Shown here piece after piece: positions 10,164 to 19,690 of a stretch of DNA of 64,000 nucleotides. Source of the stretch: Dehalococcoidia bacterium (GTDB lineage: Bacteria; Chloroflexota; Dehalococcoidia; SZUA-161; SpSt-899); assembly GCA_034434815.1 (NCBI GenBank), contig DAOTYO010000059.1:3082-67081 (forward strand). Reading direction: 5' to 3'. Under the pieces are notes generated by a model that saw nothing but the letters and a program-made list of their open reading frames with translations, was not told the DNA's origin and ran no database searches. The translations under genes were made by a program, and so were the position numbers. How positions within the stretch are numbered: the first letter of the stretch is position 1; every line of letters starts with the position of its first letter.

Positions 10164-10649
10164 ATGGAACTCCATTTGATCCCCATCGAAAAGCCCGAAG
10201 ATCTGAACTTCATCCTCGGCCAGACGCACTTCATCAAATCGGTGGAGGACCTTCACGAAGCCCTCGTTCAAGCGGTGCCCGGGATCAAGTTTGGATTGGC
10301 CTTTTGCGAGGCCAGCGGGCCCACGCTGGTCCGCGTCTCGGGAACGGATAAATCGCTCATCGAGCTTGCCCGGAGGAATGCTCTGGCGATCGGGGCGGGG
10401 CACTCTTTCATCATCATGCTCGGGGTGGGGTATTTCCCCCTCAACGTTCTGAACGCGGTGAAAATGGTTCCGGAGGTCTGCCGCATCTTCTGTGCTACCG
10501 CCAATCCCACTCAAGTGGTTGTGGCGGAGAGCGAACAAGGCCGGGGTATCCTTGGGGTGATCGATGGCTTCCGCCCCAAAGGCGTGGAGACGGAAGCGGA
10601 TGCGGCGCATCGGAAGGAGTTCCTCCGGAAGATCGGATACAAGCTCTAA
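10164..10649 (+). CDS. Adenosine-specific kinase (DUF355) family
   Basis: NFILGQTHFIKSVEDL, FGLAFCEASG, AGHSF, IFCATANP, GRGILGVIDG. Confidence 0.88.
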   Translation: MELHLIPIEKPEDLNFILGQTHFIKSVEDLHEALVQAVPGIKFGLAFCEASGPTLVRVSGTDKSLIELARRNALAIGAGHSFIIMLGVGYFPLNVLNAVKMVPEVCRIFCATANPTQVVVAESEQGRGILGVIDGFRPKGVETEADAAHRKEFLRKIGYKL

Positions 10650-10689
10650 GCGGGGTTGATCTCTGTTTCCCCGGATCGAAGGTGCGCGA

Positions 10690-11172
10690 ATGGCAAAGTG
10701 CAGCGCCGGACTCCTCGTGTACCGGCTCCGAGAAGGAAAACCGGAGGTTTTTCTGGTGCATCCCGGCGGGCCTTACTGGGCCCGGAAGGATGAAGGGGCC
10801 TGGACCATTCCCAAGGGAGAGCCTTCTTCGGGTGAAGAACTGCTCGAAGCCGCGAAGCGCGAGTTTAGGGAGGAAACCGGCTTTTCGCCCGCGGGGAAAT
10901 ACGTGCCCCTTGAACCGATCAAACAGGCCGGCGGCAAGGTGATCCATGCTTGGGCTGTTCGCGGTGATCTGGATCCGCTCGATCTCGAGAGCAACACCTT
11001 TTCCATGGAATGGCCCCCTCGTTCCGGGAAGCTTCAGAGTTTCCCCGAAGTGGATCGTGCCGGATGGTTTCCCATTGATCTTGCCCGAGGGAAGATCTTG
11101 AAGGGTCAGGTTGCCCTTCTCGATCAACTCCAGAACATCGTTGCGGAGGAGGCCGAGCATGGCCGAGAATGA
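10690..11172 (+). CDS. NUDIX hydrolase
   Basis: Nudix box W-T-I-P-K-G-E...AAKREFREETG; HPGGP and FPEVDRA motifs. Confidence 0.9.
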   Translation: MAKCSAGLLVYRLREGKPEVFLVHPGGPYWARKDEGAWTIPKGEPSSGEELLEAAKREFREETGFSPAGKYVPLEPIKQAGGKVIHAWAVRGDLDPLDLESNTFSMEWPPRSGKLQSFPEVDRAGWFPIDLARGKILKGQVALLDQLQNIVAEEAEHGRE

Positions 11173-11689
11173 AATCCCTTCCATTATCTTGCCCCGGGGC
11201 GACGATTGGATCGTCCGCGTGAGGACCCGGGCCGAGCAGTATATGAGGCGATACGAAAGCTGCTCCCAGAGCGTGCTCAGCGCGTTCATGGAAGAGTTTG
11301 GAATTCGCGATCCGCTGGTGTTGGCCGCCGCAGGCGGTTTGCACGGCGGGCTGACCGCATCCCTTACCTGCGGCGTTCATACCGGTGGAGCCATGGTGCT
11401 CGGCCTTCTCATGGGGCGCACCCGCATCGAGCAAGGGCTGGACGGCCTCTTCCCAATCATGCTGCCGATGCAAGAGCTCATGGCCCGCCTCAACCGGCGT
11501 CTGGGATCCCATTCGTGCCGCGAGTTGACCGGCGTGGACTTCACCGATCTCGATCAGGCGATCAAATTCTTTGCTTCCGAGGGGCACGAAAAGTGTATCG
11601 CCCGCGTGGCCGATGGTGCCGAGGAGATCGCGATCTTTCTCAAGGAGCTCAACGAGCGCGGCCAGTTGTTCCGTCCCCGCCTCGGGTGA
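11159..11689 (+). CDS. C-GCAxxG-C-C family putative redox protein
   Basis: SCSQSVL, TCGVHTGG, GSHSCRELTG, KC pattern. Start at ATG 11159. Confidence 0.8.
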   Translation: MAENEIPSIILPRGDDWIVRVRTRAEQYMRRYESCSQSVLSAFMEEFGIRDPLVLAAAGGLHGGLTASLTCGVHTGGAMVLGLLMGRTRIEQGLDGLFPIMLPMQELMARLNRRLGSHSCRELTGVDFTDLDQAIKFFASEGHEKCIARVADGAEEIAIFLKELNERGQLFRPRLG

Positions 11690-11701
11690 ATCCCCGTCGT
11701 T

Positions 11702-11916
11702 CCCCAGAACAGCGATTCCGTTTTGTAGCCTTCATCTTCAAGGTGAGTGCTCATGATCATCTCATCCCGGGCCTTGCCCCGGAATTCCCCCGTACCCCAT
11801 GAACGATCCGGCTTCTTCGCTCCCACCCACCCGCCCAAAGGTTTTTTGGGGGACACCCCCCGATCCCCCCGAGAGAGGTGTCTTCTGCACGGTCTTCTTC
11901 GATCGCTCTTTTCGGG
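11702..11916 (+). mobile_element. MITE copy B
   Basis: TIRs CCCCAGAACAGCGATT / GATCGCTCTTTTCGGG; perfect 5-bp TSD TCGTT at 11697-11701 and 11917-11921. Confidence 0.88.
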
Positions 11917-12003
11917 TCGTTCCAATTGGTTGCATCTCCCTCGATAGGCCTCTATAATGAGGGAGCGGCTCAGTGTTCTGTACGGATGAAAGGAGTTTCC
12001 CCT

Positions 12004-12930
12004 ATGGCGGACTTGCACCCGCACCTCGAGTACAAAAGGCCCGAGAAGTTCGATAAGGTGATCTATGAGAAGAAAGGCAACATCGCCTATATCACCCTGA
12101 ACGATCCCGAACACCGCAACGTGACCGATTGGCCCGGTCAAGGGGGCATCACGGATCAATTCTTCTTTGCTCTGGACGATGCCGAGTTCGATGACGATAT
12201 CAAAGTGGTGGTGATCCGTGGTGCGGGCAAGGACTTTCAAGCGGGGCACGATCTTCGGGAGGTGGGATTCATCTATGGGATGGGTACCGGTCAACCCGGA
12301 GAACGGCACGCGAGCCAGCGCATCCGGTACTCGGTGGATCGGGGATTCTTCCACGATACGCAGATGAAGATCTTCCTTCATCCCAAGATCACTATCTGTC
12401 AGTGCCATGGCAATTGCCTCGGATCGGGGGTGTACTATCCGCTCCTTTCCGATCTAGCGGTGGCGGCGACCAATGCGCGGTTTGCCACTGTGGAACAGCG
12501 TCTGGGATTTGCCGGAAGCGGCTCTCAGGTGGCCCTTCTCATGAGGACTATCGGGATCAAACGGGCGCTGGGGATGCTTCTCACGGGGGCGTCGATCAGC
12601 GGAGAAGAGGCGGCCCGGATCGGGCTTGTCACCAAAGCCGTTCCGCCGGAGCATCTCGAGGAGGAAGTCCAGAAGCTCGCCGAATCCATGGCCCTTCTCC
12701 CGCGCGATGGCATTGCCATCGGGAAGGCCACCCGTCGGCTCATCTACGAGCAATGGGGGCTCACCAACGGGATCGTGTATATCTCTCACACGATGTTCAC
12801 CAATCTCCGGTGGGAACCCGATGAATACAACTTTTTCAAGGAGCGCCGGGATAGGGGAACGAAGGAAGGATTCAAAGGGAGAGACGAGCGTTACAAGGGC
12901 AAGGTTGAGAAACTCGATATGGACGCTTAG
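12004..12930 (+). CDS. Enoyl-CoA hydratase/isomerase (crotonase) family
   Basis: IAYITLNDPE, VVVIRGAGKDFQAGHDL, LLTGASISGEEAARIGLV. Confidence 0.88.
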   Translation: MADLHPHLEYKRPEKFDKVIYEKKGNIAYITLNDPEHRNVTDWPGQGGITDQFFFALDDAEFDDDIKVVVIRGAGKDFQAGHDLREVGFIYGMGTGQPGERHASQRIRYSVDRGFFHDTQMKIFLHPKITICQCHGNCLGSGVYYPLLSDLAVAATNARFATVEQRLGFAGSGSQVALLMRTIGIKRALGMLLTGASISGEEAARIGLVTKAVPPEHLEEEVQKLAESMALLPRDGIAIGKATRRLIYEQWGLTNGIVYISHTMFTNLRWEPDEYNFFKERRDRGTKEGFKGRDERYKGKVEKLDMDA

Positions 12931-13017
12931 GGAGTGATTCGAGTTGACTTCTAGGCGGGAAAGAGGGGCGGATGTCTATCGGAGCTCCGCCCCTTTATCA
13001 TGTTTTTGGGAGCCGCT

Positions 13018-14382
13018 ATGAACCCCGAGATCATCGAGAGACTCAGAGCCATCGTGGGGCCTGAATTCGTGGCCGATAAGGACTACGATCTCATCGCTTA
13101 CGCCCGGGCTTGGAGCTATGAGGGGCCGCGTCTACCGGAAGCGATTGTGGTGCCCGGTTCGGCCGAGGAGGTTTCCGAGATCATGCGCCTTGCCGGCCGA
13201 ACGGGCACGCCGGTGACCGTGCGGGCCGGGGGCACCACCACCACGGGAATGGCCTTGCCCCGCCAAGGTGGGATCGTGCTCGATCTCAACCGTATGGATC
13301 GCATCTATGGCATCGATGAGGATGCGATGGCGGTCAGCATGCAGTCCGGGGTGACGGTCTATCGGCTCATCAAGTACATCGAGCGGCGGGGCTTCAAGAT
13401 CCCGTGGCTCCCCGAGTTCGGTGGGGGCGTCACGATCGGCGGGTGGACCGCGTTCAACGGGGTGGGGGCGGGGGGATCGGTTTACGGCCGGGTGGGCGAC
13501 TTCATCGTGGGGCTTCAAGTGGTTCTTCCCACCGGCGAGATCGTTCGCACCGGATCGGCTTCCTTCAAAGGGGCCAAACAATTTGCCCGATACCTCGGCA
13601 CGGGGCCGGACCTCACGGGGCTGTATCTGAATTCCCTTGGCGTCTCCGGGGTGATCACGGAAGTCACCATGCGGGTCTATCCCATCCCCGAAGCACTCGG
13701 TTGGGTCTCGTTCGGCTTCGAAACCCCTGAAGAAGCTCAAGAGGGGATCAAGAAGCTCGTGCGGGCCAATATCGCCTACGGGATCACTTGTGTGGATGAC
13801 GAGATGTTCAAAACGATCCGGCTTCCACCGCCCGCGCCGTGGGTTGTCCAATTCTTTGCCGAAGGGTGGAAGCCCGAGGTCGATTTTCGGGTGCGGAAGG
13901 CTCGCGAGATCATCGCGGGAGCCGGGTTCGGGAAGGAGCTTCCCCAAAATACGCCGCGAATCCTCTGGGGCGGGGCCCGGGGCACATCCCTCCGCTCGAA
14001 GCCGCCCCGCCGTTACATGTGCGTGGGATGCTTCCATCCACTGGATGCGACTGCGGCGGTTTTCAACGTGTACAATGCCGTCGGCCGGAAGTACAATTTG
14101 CGGCGCGGCATGCTCTGGTGGACATGTCAGACCTACGCCAACGCCTTCCCGGTGTACGTGTACGATGAACTCGCCGATGGGCCGGAGCTCGCCGCTCGTG
14201 CCGCCCGGGAGTGCCGCGAGGGGTGGGGCGCCGTCGGCGCCGTTCCGGATTATCCGGGACCCGATCCGGATTGCACCGAGGACATTGCGCCGGAGTACCT
14301 TGGCCTGTGGAAGCGTATCAAGGAGGCCCTCGATCCCTATCATATCATGCATCGGGGCCAATCCCCCGTGATCGAACGGTGA
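13018..14382 (+). CDS. FAD-binding oxidoreductase (GlcD/LldD-like)
   Basis: PEAIVVPGSAEEV, RAGGT, LDLNRMDRI, GLQVVLPTGE, GVITEV, IKEALDP. Confidence 0.85.
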   Translation: MNPEIIERLRAIVGPEFVADKDYDLIAYARAWSYEGPRLPEAIVVPGSAEEVSEIMRLAGRTGTPVTVRAGGTTTTGMALPRQGGIVLDLNRMDRIYGIDEDAMAVSMQSGVTVYRLIKYIERRGFKIPWLPEFGGGVTIGGWTAFNGVGAGGSVYGRVGDFIVGLQVVLPTGEIVRTGSASFKGAKQFARYLGTGPDLTGLYLNSLGVSGVITEVTMRVYPIPEALGWVSFGFETPEEAQEGIKKLVRANIAYGITCVDDEMFKTIRLPPPAPWVVQFFAEGWKPEVDFRVRKAREIIAGAGFGKELPQNTPRILWGGARGTSLRSKPPRRYMCVGCFHPLDATAAVFNVYNAVGRKYNLRRGMLWWTCQTYANAFPVYVYDELADGPELAARAARECREGWGAVGAVPDYPGPDPDCTEDIAPEYLGLWKRIKEALDPYHIMHRGQSPVIER

Positions 14383-14412
14383 TTCCCTTTTCATCCGCAA
14401 AGGAGATGCCCG

Positions 14413-15627
14413 ATGGCTTTTGAAAGACTCGAGAAGTACCGCGAGATCATTTGGAACGATCAAGCGTGCGGCGTTTGCCAGCGGGGGCCATGGAATCCGT
14501 ATCGTCCCTTCGGCCCCACCTCCGATCGACTGTGCCCCGAATACGAGAAGTTCCGCACCATCACCCACTCAGCCCAGGGGCGGATACAGGCGGCAAGGTG
14601 GCTTCTCGAGGGCAAGCTTCCGGTAAGCGATGATTTCGTAAAGGTGACTTACGATTGTCTTCTCTGCGGGGCGTGCAGCACCGTGGGCTGTGTGGTGGAT
14701 CAGGCGCATGTTCCGATGTTCCGGGATCTCAGGGCCGATCTCGTGGCCATGGGCAAAGGCCCGATCGAGCCGTTCCGGAAGACCGGCTCCTTGATCCGGA
14801 GAGAGGGCAATCGTTTCGGAAGGCCGAAGGAGGAGCGGGCGAAGTGGGCCGAGGGGATGGATATTTCTCCAAAGGCCGATCTCGTTTACTTCGCCGGATG
14901 TGTGGCCTCATATCGGGCTCCGGAAGTGGCCCGGTCCACGGCAACGGTGTTGATTCGGGCCGGCGTCCCCTTCGCCATCCTCGGAGCCGAAGAATGGTGT
15001 TGCGGTCAACCGCTCCTGAGTTCCGGTCAAGTGGAGGCCTTCGCCTCCGTGGCCGAGCACAATGTGCGGGCCTTCCGGAATGCCGGCGCACGGCGGGTTG
15101 TCACCGCTTGCGGGTGTTGCTACCACACCCTCAAATTCGATTATCCCCCGATCACGGGGGACACCGGTTTCGAGGTGCTCCATATCACCCAGATCCTCGC
15201 CGATCTGATCGGGAATGGGGGGCTCCGGCCGAAACAGTCCTTCGACCACAGAGTGGCCTATCAGGATCCCTGTCATCTGGCAAGGCTGGGAAGCAGAATC
15301 ACCGCCGAACCCCGCGCCATCCTCAAGTCCGTTCCCGGCATCGAACTGGTGGAGATGGAAGGGAACGGCAAGGATACCCAGTGCTGCGGGAGATTTCCGG
15401 TGGAGCTCCCGGATCTCTCGCTTTATACCGGCATCAACCGGATCCGGGATGCCCGGGCCGCCGGTGCGGATACCCTCGTCACCGCGTGCTCGTTCTGCCA
15501 TTGGAACCTGACCCGCGCTGGGGGAAATGTGAAAGAGAGCCTCAAAGTTATGGATATCACCCAGATTTTGGCACATTCCCTCGGCTGTGGGCCGGAATTG
15601 CCCCCGCTTGAGGAAAGGCGTAGATGA
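14413..15627 (+). CDS. Fe-S binding protein with two CCG domains (GlcF/HdrD-like)
   Basis: CGVC...C, CLLCGACSTVGC, YFAGC, EWCCG, YQDPCHL, QCCG, TACSFC. Confidence 0.88.
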   Translation: MAFERLEKYREIIWNDQACGVCQRGPWNPYRPFGPTSDRLCPEYEKFRTITHSAQGRIQAARWLLEGKLPVSDDFVKVTYDCLLCGACSTVGCVVDQAHVPMFRDLRADLVAMGKGPIEPFRKTGSLIRREGNRFGRPKEERAKWAEGMDISPKADLVYFAGCVASYRAPEVARSTATVLIRAGVPFAILGAEEWCCGQPLLSSGQVEAFASVAEHNVRAFRNAGARRVVTACGCCYHTLKFDYPPITGDTGFEVLHITQILADLIGNGGLRPKQSFDHRVAYQDPCHLARLGSRITAEPRAILKSVPGIELVEMEGNGKDTQCCGRFPVELPDLSLYTGINRIRDARAAGADTLVTACSFCHWNLTRAGGNVKESLKVMDITQILAHSLGCGPELPPLEERRR

Positions 15628-15637
15628 GGATGCTTTT

Positions 15638-16771
15638 ATGAACGAACCCGAGGTCATCGTCCCCGGCAGAGCCAACGGCGAAGGCATGATCATCCGGTAC
15701 CGGACGCGCGGGGGGACGGAAGTTTTTGGCCTTCCCCTTCCCAATATCCACGGGAACCAGAGCTGGGATTTGGGGCCCACATGGTGTTATCTCGTCACCG
15801 GCCCAAAGACGATCTTGATCGATGCCGGGCGCATGGGGAACATCGGGATCCTCGAGCGCCATCTTCGCACCATCGGGAAAGGGTTTGCCGGGATCGATGC
15901 TGTGATCGTCACGCACGGGCACGAGGATCATGACGGGCAACTTGCTGAAGTCATTGCCGAATCGGGCGCCGAACTGTGGGCTCATCCCATCTACAGGGAT
16001 CTCATCTCATATCACCCGGATGTGACCGAAGGGGCACCACACCCCGAATATCCCGGCTCTTGCCGGGCGTGCACCATGCCCTTCACGTATGTTCAGGGGA
16101 ATTGTCTTCCATACCATCGTAAACGGAGCGGACTGAGGGTGGATCGAATCGTGCGAGAGGATTCGCCGATGAACGGGTTTGGGTTCCTCTTCACCCCCGG
16201 CCACAGTCCGGACTCCATGTGCATCACGCTCGAAGGCGAGATCGTCTTTACCGGCGATACCGTTCTCCCGGGGATCACTCCGCACCCATCCATGGCGCGC
16301 ACCTTCGAGGTCAACCGGCTCATCCTCCCGGAAGAGTACCGGGGCCAAAATCAGCTTTACGGACTCATGAACTACATCCGGTCGCTCCGCAAGGTCGGCT
16401 CGTCCGAATACACGGCTTCTCTCCTCGCCTTTCCGGCGCACCGGCTTTTCTGGGAAGGCCGCTTCAATCTCTATCGAACGAAGGATCGGGTTCGGGAGAT
16501 CATCCAATTCCATCTAGACCGTTTCCGTGCCATTCTTGAGATCGCCTCCGGTGGGCCGGTGAGCATCGAGTACATATGCGAGAGACATTTCACCGCAGCG
16601 CAACTCGAAGGTTTCGGGCGGTTACTGGCCCGGAATGAAGTGATGGCGCATTTGGAGGTATTGAAAAGCTACGGCGATGTGACATGGGATGGCCGCCCCG
16701 AAGGATCGGTGCAGTCATCCGGATCCTTTCGAACGCTCGAGGCGATCGCGGATTTTATGCCTCCCCTCTAA
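15638..16771 (+). CDS. Metallo-beta-lactamase fold hydrolase
   Basis: LIDAG, THGHEDHDG, TPGHSPD, FTGD, PAH. Confidence 0.88.
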   Translation: MNEPEVIVPGRANGEGMIIRYRTRGGTEVFGLPLPNIHGNQSWDLGPTWCYLVTGPKTILIDAGRMGNIGILERHLRTIGKGFAGIDAVIVTHGHEDHDGQLAEVIAESGAELWAHPIYRDLISYHPDVTEGAPHPEYPGSCRACTMPFTYVQGNCLPYHRKRSGLRVDRIVREDSPMNGFGFLFTPGHSPDSMCITLEGEIVFTGDTVLPGITPHPSMARTFEVNRLILPEEYRGQNQLYGLMNYIRSLRKVGSSEYTASLLAFPAHRLFWEGRFNLYRTKDRVREIIQFHLDRFRAILEIASGGPVSIEYICERHFTAAQLEGFGRLLARNEVMAHLEVLKSYGDVTWDGRPEGSVQSSGSFRTLEAIADFMPPL

Positions 16772-16794
16772 AAGGGGCACGGCCGCTGGGGCCG

Positions 16795-17811
16795 TCACGG
16801 ACAGGGAATGTTCTCGTGGAGGCCGTTCCAGCAGTGCCAATCGTTATCCCCGAAGTGTTTGAAGTCCTTCACGCGCCCCTCTTGAGTGGTCCGGTTCCAC
16901 TCGATGTACGTGTGATTATCTTGCCCCTTGTTGTAGATATCGGCATAGGCGTCGTAAGGGGCATCCTTGGGACTGATCCGGTGGAAGATGTAGCCCCCGT
17001 TCTCCCGGCCGCCGGGCTCAATGTTGGTGTATCGGATATCGCTGGCGCCGTCGGCGGCGTTCTGGTGCCAATCGATCCGGATCAGCTCCACGGGGTGGGT
17101 GGGCTTATCGTACAGAATCCAGAATCCCCCCGTGGGGGGAAGATCCGATTCGCCGTAGTACCAGAGGAAATCGGTGAACTCACCTTCCTTCGAAATGAAC
17201 ATTTCCCATCGCACGCCCTGCGGGATGTACTGGCCGCGCAGTCTAGCGGAATAGACACTGCCGGCCACCCGCACGCTGTAGGACCAGACCCATGACCCAT
17301 CGGTCTGCTGAAGCGGGATGTTGTGGAAAGCGGCCACGAAGGCGGCCACCGGCACCGCCATGCCGACGGTGATGATCACCGTCCAGAGTCCCACCTGAAA
17401 GGCGGCGAAGCTCCAATTGGTGTAATCGCCCCAGACCGCATCTCCGAAGGGAGAGGCGGTTTTCAGGGGCGACTTGAATGCGGCGAACTGGAGAATCGCA
17501 TTCGACGGCACAGCCGATGAGGCTCCGCCGGCGCTCTCGAACGTGCTGAGGTCCATGAGGAACGAGGGCAGTGGGGGGAGTTCGGGGGGGGTGGTGGGGG
17601 AGGGGGAAGCCGGTGCGGGCTCCGCCGTTGGGGTCGGGGAAGCAAAATCTTGAAGATCCATGAGGAATGAAGATGTCGGCGGCAGAGCCGGCGGGGAGCC
17701 GGTGGACGCGGGTTCGGTGGATGTTTTCTCCCCACATTCCGCCAGAACCATCGCTACTAGGGCGGCTGCGAGAAATAGATGCATCCATCGCCCTTCACCC
17801 AGTCGTGACAT
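16795..17811 (-). CDS. Hypothetical exported protein/lipoprotein with duplicated PxLPPxxSFLMDL motif
   Basis: RBS GGAGG, ATG 17811, hydrophobic signal followed by C-GEK, Pro/Thr-rich linker, aromatic-rich beta domain ending WHCWN...CP. Confidence 0.7.
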   Translation of the reverse strand: MSRLGEGRWMHLFLAAALVAMVLAECGEKTSTEPASTGSPPALPPTSSFLMDLQDFASPTPTAEPAPASPSPTTPPELPPLPSFLMDLSTFESAGGASSAVPSNAILQFAAFKSPLKTASPFGDAVWGDYTNWSFAAFQVGLWTVIITVGMAVPVAAFVAAFHNIPLQQTDGSWVWSYSVRVAGSVYSARLRGQYIPQGVRWEMFISKEGEFTDFLWYYGESDLPPTGGFWILYDKPTHPVELIRIDWHQNAADGASDIRYTNIEPGGRENGGYIFHRISPKDAPYDAYADIYNKGQDNHTYIEWNRTTQEGRVKDFKHFGDNDWHCWNGLHENIPCP

Positions 17812-17889
17812 CGCTTCCCCACCTCCGATATTATGAGTTGGAAGAAGTCTATCACATGGCTCCCCGGCTTTGCAAGCTGAGGCCTTCCT

Positions 17890-18105
17890 CCCCAAAATAG
17901 CGATTCCGCTTTGTAACCCTCACCCTTAGGGTGAATGACCTTGATTACCTTATTTCGGAGCTTACCCCGGAATTCTCCCACACCCCATGAACGATCCGGC
18001 TTCTCCGATCCCACCCACCCGCCCAAATGGTTTTTGGGGGGACACCCCCAATTCCCCCCGAGAGATGTGTCTTATGCCCTCGCTTCTTCAATCGCTCCTT
18101 TTGGG
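17890..18105 (+). mobile_element. MITE copy C
   Basis: TIRs CCCCAAAATAGCGATT / AATCGCTCCTTTTGGG; full internal match including CCCACCCACCCGCCC. Confidence 0.88.
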
Positions 18106-18199
18106 TCCCCTTGTTTTCCTTGACGGAGGATTCCGCAACCGGCTATCATGAAGACACTCGCTGCTTTCCGCAGCGGAATAGGGAACCCGGACTTCTCGA

Positions 18200-18850
18200 A
18201 TGTACCGCAGCACCCGGATCGAGGCCGTCATTTTCGATTTCGGCGGGGTCTTCACCGAGTCGCCGTACGCTGCGCTGGAAGCGTTCGGGGCCGAACTCGG
18301 CCTTTCCGGAACAGAGATCCGGGAGCTCGTCCTCGGCCGCCCCGAAGAGGATGGGGATCACCCCTGGCATCGACTGGAACGCGGCGAGATCTCGTTGGCT
18401 CAAGCACGAGAGGAAATCCTGCACCTTGGGCGCAAGCTGCACGGTGCTGAGGTGGATATCTACCGGTTTTTCGAAAGAATGCCGCGCGATGCCGGCCTGC
18501 GCCATGCGCTGGTGGAGCATGTCCACCGTCTAAAGCTCGAAGGCTACCGGACGGCGATCGTCACCAACAATATCCGTGAATTTGCCGATGGATGGCGCTC
18601 CCTCTTGCCGGTGAGCGATCTGTTCGATGTGATCGTGGACTCGAGCCTCGAGGGAGTCCGCAAACCGAACCCCGCCATCTTTCGCCTTGCCCTTCACCGC
18701 ATGGGCGCCCCGCCGCCGGCGCGCACCGTCTTTCTCGATGATTTCGAGGCCAATCTCGTTGCGGCCCGCTCTTTGGGCCTGCATACCATACTTGTCGAGG
18801 GTGATATCGCTCGCGCCATCGCGGCCCTCGATGCCCTCCTCGAGAGATGA
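18200..18850 (+). CDS. HAD-family phosphatase
   Basis: Motif I FDFGGV, IVTN, RKPNPAIF, FLDD. Confidence 0.9.
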   Translation: MYRSTRIEAVIFDFGGVFTESPYAALEAFGAELGLSGTEIRELVLGRPEEDGDHPWHRLERGEISLAQAREEILHLGRKLHGAEVDIYRFFERMPRDAGLRHALVEHVHRLKLEGYRTAIVTNNIREFADGWRSLLPVSDLFDVIVDSSLEGVRKPNPAIFRLALHRMGAPPPARTVFLDDFEANLVAARSLGLHTILVEGDIARAIAALDALLER

Positions 18851-18941
18851 CCCCACACTGCTCATCCGGAAGATCACATCCCTCAAAAGTGGGATTGCGC
18901 CTCTGCCTCCGAGACGGTACACTGGAATCGTCGGGCACGAA

Positions 18942-19046
18942 ATGACTCCTATGGTCAAGATACTCGTTGTGGCGGCATGCATCACCTTCATCTATATGGG
19001 GGCACTCGTCAAGATCATCTACCTCCGCCGCAAAAGGCGAATCTGA
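18942..19046 (+). CDS. Small single-TM membrane peptide (34 aa)
   Basis: MTPMVKILVVAACITFIYMGALVKIIYLRRKRRI, preceded by TTGCGC-N17-TACACT. RBS is weak. Confidence 0.45.
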   Translation: MTPMVKILVVAACITFIYMGALVKIIYLRRKRRI

Positions 19047-19105
19047 AATCGCCTGAAGCCGGCTTCCCGATGCCCCTATCTTCTTTTCCGGAGCGAGGAT
19101 CATCC

Positions 19106-19675
19106 ATGGCCGATGGCACAATTCAACCCAAGATCGAACTAGACCGTCTCATCCGGGGGCTCGAGGAGACGATTTCGCTTTGTGAAGCCGCGCGGCGTCT
19201 TCTCGCAAGCCGGGGTAACGGCGAGGGCACGCTTCCTGATGGGCTCCCGGTCATTCTCGAAAGATACATCATCACGGAGAGCGGTCTTCTCTTCGAACCC
19301 GAGCATCCGGAATACCCGACCCGCAGCATTCCCGCCGCCCTCAACTATCTCCGATTCCATGCGGATTATCTCAAGATCGAGCATCCGGAGGCGGTCATCG
19401 AAAGGCTCATTCGCTTCGGGCATGAACCGAAACAGTTCGAGGGCATCCCGGATCCATGGATCACTCAGCTTCTCCGCAAGGAATTCGCCGAGCGCCTTCC
19501 GCGGGAAAACGCCCCGGACGCCGGTGAGCTTTCGGCCGCTCTTCATACCGTCCGTTTGCTCCGCGGCAAGTTCCCGATCGATCCTTCCGATCGGGCGGAG
19601 ATCGGAAGGGCAACCGAGGTTCTTCTGGCCTACGCCGGCGACTTCACCCGCACCGTGCGTCAGGGGTATTTTTAA
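19106..19675 (+). CDS. Hypothetical protein
   Basis: RBS GAGG, ATG 19106; fills the gap between the small ORF and the next gene; no motif recognised. Confidence 0.6.
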   Translation: MADGTIQPKIELDRLIRGLEETISLCEAARRLLASRGNGEGTLPDGLPVILERYIITESGLLFEPEHPEYPTRSIPAALNYLRFHADYLKIEHPEAVIERLIRFGHEPKQFEGIPDPWITQLLRKEFAERLPRENAPDAGELSAALHTVRLLRGKFPIDPSDRAEIGRATEVLLAYAGDFTRTVRQGYF

Positions 19676-19690
19676 GACGATGGGGGAAAC

